Source: the human T2T-CHM13v2.0 reference genome, Homo sapiens
Length of the DNA: 64,000 bases
Assembly: GCF_009914755.1 (NCBI RefSeq)
Contig: NC_060927.1
Strand: one strand, 5' to 3'
The notes beneath the pieces were generated by a model. The model made no database searches. It worked only from the letters and a program-made list of their open reading frames with translations, and was not told the origin of the DNA. Shown here piece after piece: positions 54,207 through 64,000 of the stretch (its first letter is position 1; each line of letters opens with the position of its first letter). The position numbers and the translations under genes were made by a program.

Positions 54207-54459
54207 TGTTGTCTCGCTTTTTCCTTTCTCTCCTTCCCAATGGTAATTCAGAAATTAATAGTTGTTAGTATCATTTTGGCATTAGTATTTGGTGACAGAT
54301 GTAGCTTTAGTGATACCTGTGGTTCTCTATATAGGGCTTACACCTTATTTAAAGTTATTTTTCATATTCCATGACTATGTCTAAATAAAAAAGACAATAG
54401 ATAAATTGTTAGTGCATGTATGTTGACTAGCCAAATCAAACTTTGTGCTTTTTTTTTTC

Positions 54460-54500
54460 GGGGGCGGGGGGGGGGGGGCCAGGGGGTGGGGGGGAGCGGT
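54460..54500 (+). repeat. G-rich tract (G-quadruplex-capable) after a T run
   Basis: GGGGGCGGGGGGGGGGGGGCCAGGGGGTGGGGGGGAGCGG. Confidence 0.8.
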
Positions 54501-55379
54501 GAGTGATTTATTAATAGGGCTCATTTTTTTAGTATTTTTTTCCAGAATAAAGAGATAAATTTATGTCTGTGATTATATTTGGGTCTTGATTTTGGCTTAT
54601 CTGATCTGCAGAGGAAGAGCAAGAAATATTACCTTAACTTTTGCTTCTGGGGGTGGTAATGCTACGTAATTTTAAAACCCTTAGTACATGTATCTTTAAA
54701 AACCATATTTTAAGAATTTTAATTTATGAAAGGTGTCTTCTCTCTGAGTTTTTTATCCCCATGTTGCTAAGTCTGTCTTTCTGAACATCTTTTCTTGCAT
54801 GTCTCTCTTTGGTATTTTTTTCTTTGTGTGTTTGTGCTGTATTTAAAAAATGTGACTTTCTCTATAAAACTGTGTATACACATCTGACTATGTGTCATTT
54901 CCTGTGTTCTTGTATGTGTGTTTTTTCATCTGTGCTCAATCTATTTTTATTTGGGTGTCTCTGTTTATTTTGATCTCTGTCTATGCCTTTATCAATGAAT
55001 ATTCCTGTGTGTCTTTGTGTCTGCCTCGCTGTCTTCCTGTGTAGATGTATATGTGTTTTGTGTTCTCTATTTCCGTGTCCATTTTGATGTATCCCTCTAC
55101 TTATGTGACTTTGTTCTTCCCTCCCTATCTTTCACTATCTCTGTCTCATTATATATATACGTCTTTCTCAATTTTTATTTGATTTCAGTTCTCTATGTAT
55201 GTCTTTCTTATTTTGTGTTTATAACATTGAAGTTAGTGTTATAGTTAGATAAAGGAAAAAATCCGATTACAACACAGATAACATTGTAGTGTTATAGTTA
55301 CTAATTAAAATGTAAAGTTTCCCATTTTATGTATCAAAACATTATGTTGTACATCATAAATATATACAATTTCTACTTG

Positions 55380-57822
<2,443 letters not shown>

Positions 57823-58987
57823 GAAATGCCAGCTCTGAAAAAAATGTAAAAATAAAGTTTTCTGTTTTATTTCATTAGAAACATGAATTAAAGATCATAA
57901 AAGGCAATTCATAGAAAAATTGTAAGTGCGGTAATAAATATTAAAAAACAGACATGGTCTTACTGAAAATTAAATACATGTGAGTAAAATAATGAAGTTA
58001 CATTTGTTGACTATTAGATTGATAAAAATATATGTTGTGGGAAAATAGTGAGTTATACATTTTAATGGCATTGAACAACATTTCAAGAGGACAACATGTA
58101 TCAAAACTTTTAACTATATATTAGCTTTGACTCAGCAGTTCTTCTTTAGGAATTTTCCCTCAAATAGCCAGATAATTCTACAACTGTTTATTTCAGAATT
58201 GCCTTAGTAGTATAAAATTGAAAGTAAATGTCCACCAACAGAGGATAAGTTAAATGAATTATGGTACATCCATATAATAGAATATTATAATCTATTGTTA
58301 TAGAAAAATTATATGGTCTATTGATAAAGGAAAAAATCAGATTACGAAAAAGTATGTACAATGCATATATTGTGTATGCCATTTATTCATTCAAATAATG
58401 AGTATTTTCTACATGTACTATGTGGTAAGCATGCTAGAGCCACTATAGAGATATCCATATTGTTTTATATGTGGTGTAAGATAATGAAAGAACTTCCACC
58501 TTGTCTCTATTATGGAGTTAATAAGCAAGTATGATGAAAAATAATACGGTTGCATCAATTTTGGAAAGTTTTCTGTTCTTAAATTTTAAAGCAGATGTAT
58601 TTTTTATTTTGAAATATTAAATTAAATTGATCACTTTTCGTAGTTTTCCTTTTCTTTTCCCCCCTCCCCCACATACGAGGGATCTGTGATGCTCTATGAA
58701 AATTGATTCCCCATCCTGACCAAGGCAATTTTCTCAGGTGTTCTGGAAATGTTATGTCTTGGTACATATTGTCTTAATGAGTTGTCAAGAAACAATATTT
58801 GTTCAAAGCCTTTGGAAAAATAGAAAAAAAATTAAGCCATGTACTTGTCAAAATGTCATTCCCATGTGAAGCTCAGAGAGTCTGAGCAAATACAACGTGA
58901 AACAATAAAGGTGAACGCTTTGCTCAGTTGTTGGAAATTGACGCTAATGTCAGTGGAAAACTAAACTTGAGAATGCAATGTTTAGTA

Positions 58988-59175
58988 CAGTGATTCTATA
59001 ACTTTAGTGTGCATAAGACTTACCAAAAGAACTATTTTTAAATGCAGATTCCTGGACCTCACCCCTGAGGTTTGAATTTGGTAGGTCTGGAATGGGCATA
59101 GAATCTATATTTTAATAAGCTTCCAAGGTGATTCTAATATAAGAGGTTTAAGGGCTACGTTTCACGAAATGGTGT
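58988..59175. mobile_element. MER5A/B hAT-Charlie fossil
   Basis: CAGTGATTCT..AACTTTAGTGTGCATAAGA..AAATGCAGATTCCTGG..AGGTGATTCTAAT. Confidence 0.75.
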
Positions 59176-59939
59176 TAATGGGTAATTATAATAGCTAATC
59201 TACTTTAAAATTTTGGCAGATTTCCCTTAAAGCATATCTACTAGATATATTTCTAGGAGGATTCTTTAGACAAGCTTATTTAAGAAATCATGGAAATTAT
59301 GTAGGGGGATTATGAGTTCATAGGCAGGTCTGCATTCCATTTCAAGACCTATTGGTTTTCTGGACCACAATTCTGAGCCAAAATTTTAATGAGCTGCCAA
59401 TGTTTACTTCCATCAAATAAAAATTGGCACTCCTTTTCCTCAAACAATGGCATTAATATTTATAGATGTTCTCTCATACTTATAATTTTATAATATTTGG
59501 TAGATAGTGTGAATTCCCAAGAACCTGGTCATAAAAGTGAGGAAAAGAATATGAAAAAAGAGTGCTGCAAATATAGAATTCTGATCAATGAAAGCAGCTA
59601 TGTAGTATAAATAAAAGACTACTTTAGAGCAATTTGACATAATCAGACTATCAAATCTATGAATCTTAAGTGACTAAATGAATTACAATAAATCTGTCAG
59701 TCACCAGAGTAGGTTTGCCACAAAAGCAACTCTGAACTTCCTTGAAAAAAAGGTCATCAGAGGCACAAGAAGTCTATATGTTGCCATAGCATATTATTAT
59801 AACCAAGGTATACATTAAGTAAACAATTTAACATTTTGTGATCATTTGATTTAAAACTGCTTATAATTCTGATTTAAATAACTTTATGGGAAGAAATCTA
59901 AACAGCCTTCCATAATGTAGTTGATTAATTGAGGCATGA

Positions 59940-60327
<388 letters not shown>

Positions 60328-60475
60328 GTGTTTCTTAAACTTTAATGTGCATATAAATCACTTGGGGGTGTTGTTAAAATGAAAATTCTGATTGATGGTC
60401 CAGAGTGTACAATCTGAGATTCTGCATTCTAAACAAGCTGTTGGTCCACCCAAGGACCACATATTGAGTAGCAAG
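60328..60475. mobile_element. MER5-family fossil
   Basis: GTGTTTCTTAAACTTTAATGTGCATATAAATCACTTGGGG..TTGTTAAAATG..GATTCTGCATTCTAAACAAGCT..GACCACA..TTGAGTAGCAAG. Confidence 0.75.
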
Positions 60476-60929
60476 GATTTATTTCTACTCCTTTGCTTAA
60501 TAGATGAGGGACAGTCAGTGCTTCACCTGCTTTTTTAGGGCATCATCGTGACTTAGGCAGACTTGAAGTCATTGGAACTGAATATTATTAATGTCAGTTT
60601 CTCAAACTCTTACCACTAAGGTCTCTGGTGAGGCCTTGGTTGCTACCTTTCCTGAGTTGAGGTTTTCAACTTTTTATTTCATTCAGTGTGAGAACTGAAA
60701 GATTACTTTTAATAAATGTTATTTTTCTTTTTACCTTTTTTTTGGCCTGAGTTATTCAGACATGGTTTCTGTTGCTTGCAATCAACATAATATAACCTAT
60801 ACAGGGTATGTTTTGGGACTTACATGGCAAAGAAATATACCATAGTTGCATTACAAGGGAATAAATTCTTCTTTCCTCAGAACACAGCAGATAAATTTAT
60901 TTCCTTAAAAGCTTACACAGATCCACTGG

Positions 60930-61695
60930 TGACTCACAAATGTCTTTCTCCAGCATGATCTTCTTCCTCATCTTCCTGGCTCTATCCAACTTCCAATTTG
61001 GCACTTCTATTTGAATATCTAATAGTCATCTCAGACTTAACATATCCCAAATCCAAAATTGAACCGTCCAAACTTGATGTTTCTATAGCAAATGGCACTC
61101 TTTTTACGCAGTTGCTCAGGTAAAAACCTAAGAATCATCCTTGATTTCTATTTTCCCCTCCCTAAATTCAATCCATTAGCAAATTCTATCAGTTCTGCCG
61201 TAAACATCTAGCACAAATCAACCACTTGCTATCTCAACTGCCTTGTCCTAGTCTAAACGATAGTCATGTCTGCCTTACACAACTACAAAAGCCTTCTAGT
61301 TCTACTTTTTGCTCCCACTCTAGTTTTTCCACATAGCAGCCCAAGAAATTCTTTTAAAATGTAAACAAGATCTTGTTACTTTTATGCTCAAAGCTGTTGA
61401 GTAGCTTCTTATCCCACTGAAAATAAAATCCAAACTCCCTACCATGATTTGCAGAGCTTATGTAATCATTGCTTTACTAAACCTCTTTACTTCTTGTAAA
61501 GAAATGTGCCATCTTTTGCTGCTCTCCCCTGGCACTCCCTGCTCCAGCTATGCTGGTCTCCCTCTTCAACTGGAATGAAAGTCCTAAGGGCAGAGATTTT
61601 TGTCTGTTTTACTTACTGTTGTATTCCTCCTACCTAGAATAATGCCTGTCACAAAGTAGATGTCAATTAATAATTCTTAAATGATTGAATGAAGA
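60930..61695 (+). mobile_element. L2 (L2a-like) 3' ~770 bp
   Basis: CATCTCAGACTTAACAT, TTGCTCAGG, CATCCTTGATTTC, GGGCAGAGATTTTTGTCTGTTTT..CCTAGAATAATGCCTG..TGAATGAA. Confidence 0.8.
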
Positions 61696-63713
61696 ATGTG
61701 CAATCAATTAGGCACAGTAAATAGACAGACCCAGTCACTGGGACTCTGACAGGAAGTGGGGACTGGTCACTGGAGACAAGACCTAGGTTTTTACTGCTAA
61801 CTGCTTATACTGCTAATCATTTATACCACTAATCATCCGTGTGTGGTATTACCTTTAATTTTGAAGTTCAAGATTTGTTCCCATAAACTTAGAACAAGGC
61901 TAGCAGTAAGGTAGATTGGGTAAAATGGCTGTCATCTAAGCTTCTCATTTTTCCCAACCAGAAGAATACAGTGTGTAAATGGCCTTCAAATGACCGTAGC
62001 TGGGAGTAGTAGAGAGATGCTAAGGCAGGCAGTGAAGCAGGTGATGTGTTGCTGTTACTGTACAGAGTTGCTATGGATAGTTTGTGTAGCTTTAGGAAGA
62101 AAATAAAGTAGATATCTTGCAATATATCGATTAACCAAATAAATTACTTGTTATTCATTCTTAAGCCTGTTCTGCCAGAAAGAAAATGGCACAAAATATT
62201 AACAAAAGCTTTGTATAAGGTAATTGTGGCTTGGAAATCTTATGACTGCAAATAATGACGTGACTGTGCTCACAAGGACAAAGGAATAAACAATAAGTAG
62301 AGATTTTAAAAATTACCCAACACACTTCTTCCACAGAAAGAAGGTTTTCCACTTTCTGTGGAACAGTGTCTATGATTATTCCTATTCTAAAGCCATTCAA
62401 GTGTCTTCTAGTTCCTTAGCCCTCATTTTCTTACAGATATATATTACTTAGTTCTTGCTTTTTCCCAGTCTTGTCCAAACACCAGCATCAACAATCTTTC
62501 TCCTATAGGTTAAATTCTACAACTCCCTAAACCAGTGGAAATCAAACTTGTCAGTACTTTAGTTGTTCAAATTTATAAGTGAATAGAGTCTGGAAATGGT
62601 CTGTGGCCTCCAGGCTGAGTTTTAGTGTCCTGGGCAAAGCCCTTTGCCACATGCTTCTGCAGTAAGGGGCAATCTGCCCAGTAATGTTCAACATATGTAA
62701 CTAGTCCGTGTGCATGGTTTCTGCTTCCTGTCTGGTGTGCAATCTAACTTTCTACTGGGACCATAACCTCCTCATCATTGACCTAATACTCTAATCCTCT
62801 TTCCTTTTTTTTTTCTGTAAATCTACTTTCTCTGGGGACTGAACTTTCTTTCGGGCCACTTTCAAACTGGACTAACTTAATTGCAGACCAAAGTGTGCCC
62901 AACAAGAAGTATAGCTACTATCCAGAGACTCTTCCTATAGTGCTCTGACTTCTTAGGTAGAATCTCCTGAATATCAGCATAAGTCTGGACTAGGTTCAAA
63001 TTTATACTCCTCTTTGAAGACCAGTCTTACTGCCAAGTTATCTCCCATAGCCCCAATTTTGCTGGTTCTGGCTAACTCTTCCATTCCTTTTTTCTACTAT
63101 TGACAGCATAACATGTCTGAGTACAGAGTCCACATGTGTTGGGACACATTCCTGGAGGTCTGAAAGCAGGAAATAATAAGGATAGTTGTGAATGCCACTG
63201 TGTCATGGGGTTTAACTTGTTACAAAATTCTGTGTCCTGGGAAGAAGGCAGAACAATGATGGAAGTAAAAGTTACATATGGCTCTGCTGAGGACTCATGA
63301 GTCCAAGATATTTGCTGTTAGTTTCCTACAACTAGAACAGTCACAATAGAGTTGGATCTCCATTCTTAAATGTGTAGAATAGTAATGCTGATTTATGGAA
63401 GGGCTACAAATTCTGTAGTTGAAATAAAACCATTTTTTTCTCTTGGAGTTAAAAACTCTGGTATTCATAGATGGATGATTACTATTAATATCCAGTTTAG
63501 GATTAATAAAAAACTTTGAATCTAGTAAATTCTTTATGTCCTCTACTTATGACTTTTCTCTCGGAGATGATAGGAATGGAATCCTCTTCTAATGAACCCA
63601 GCCTGACTAATTTACTGCCAACATTAGCAAACATGAAATGATAAAGAGAGAGGGCAAGGATAAGGATAAGATTAGGCCTTTTTAAATTTTTTTTTATTTT
63701 TTATTTTTTGTAG

Positions 63714-63790
63714 AAACAGACTGCAGATTGAATTCCTACATAGGCTATTCCAGAATTCTTACGAGACTTGCATTAGGACATCAGCAACAG
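63714..63790 (+). other. Candidate exon of a plus-strand non-coding transcript
   Basis: A ~30 nt T-rich tract ending TTTTTTGTAG, perfect donor CAG|GTAAGT, 77 nt. Confidence 0.45.
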
Positions 63791-64000
63791 GTAAGTTTAA
63801 TAACACAAATGAAAATAATTGGTTGATAAGACGTTACAGTATTCCTCAGGGGAGTTGCTTGGTTCAAGGGAATGAGCTTTTCCAATTTTGATAGAACAAT
63901 TACAGTGTTCTCCGTAGAGGAAATGATATTTTAATACTGGATTTCAAGAAATCACTGTCATCAGGAAGTATCTGTCACTGCTCTTGAAAGAATTAAGAGC

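Overview
This is primate (human-like) nuclear genomic DNA: AT-rich, CpG-depleted and dominated by interspersed repeats (Alu, L1, L2, MIR, MaLR/ERV LTRs, MER DNA transposons). A CpG-island promoter at ~5.05-6.77 kb carries tandem GC boxes and a dense CCAAT-box cluster. It appears to drive a minus-strand gene that leaves the window to the left; I see candidate 5' exons with uORFs but cannot name the gene. The island may also drive a divergent plus-strand lncRNA. The remaining ~57 kb is a layered transposon landscape. It holds a THE1C provirus inserted inside a MER1B terminus, with a perfect PRDM9 13-mer hotspot motif in one LTR, and a MER41B LTR that retains a GAS/STAT site. An L1MC1 hosts an AluY, an internally deleted L1PA7 and an MLT2A1. 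A nest of MSTA > MER4A1 provirus > LTR12C and two twin-primed inverted L1s lie further right. No intact host protein-coding exon, RNA gene or CRISPR array is supported. The long ORFs are L1, Alu, LTR or GC-composition artefacts. Repeat subfamily names come from recalled consensus diagnostics, not from a database search.
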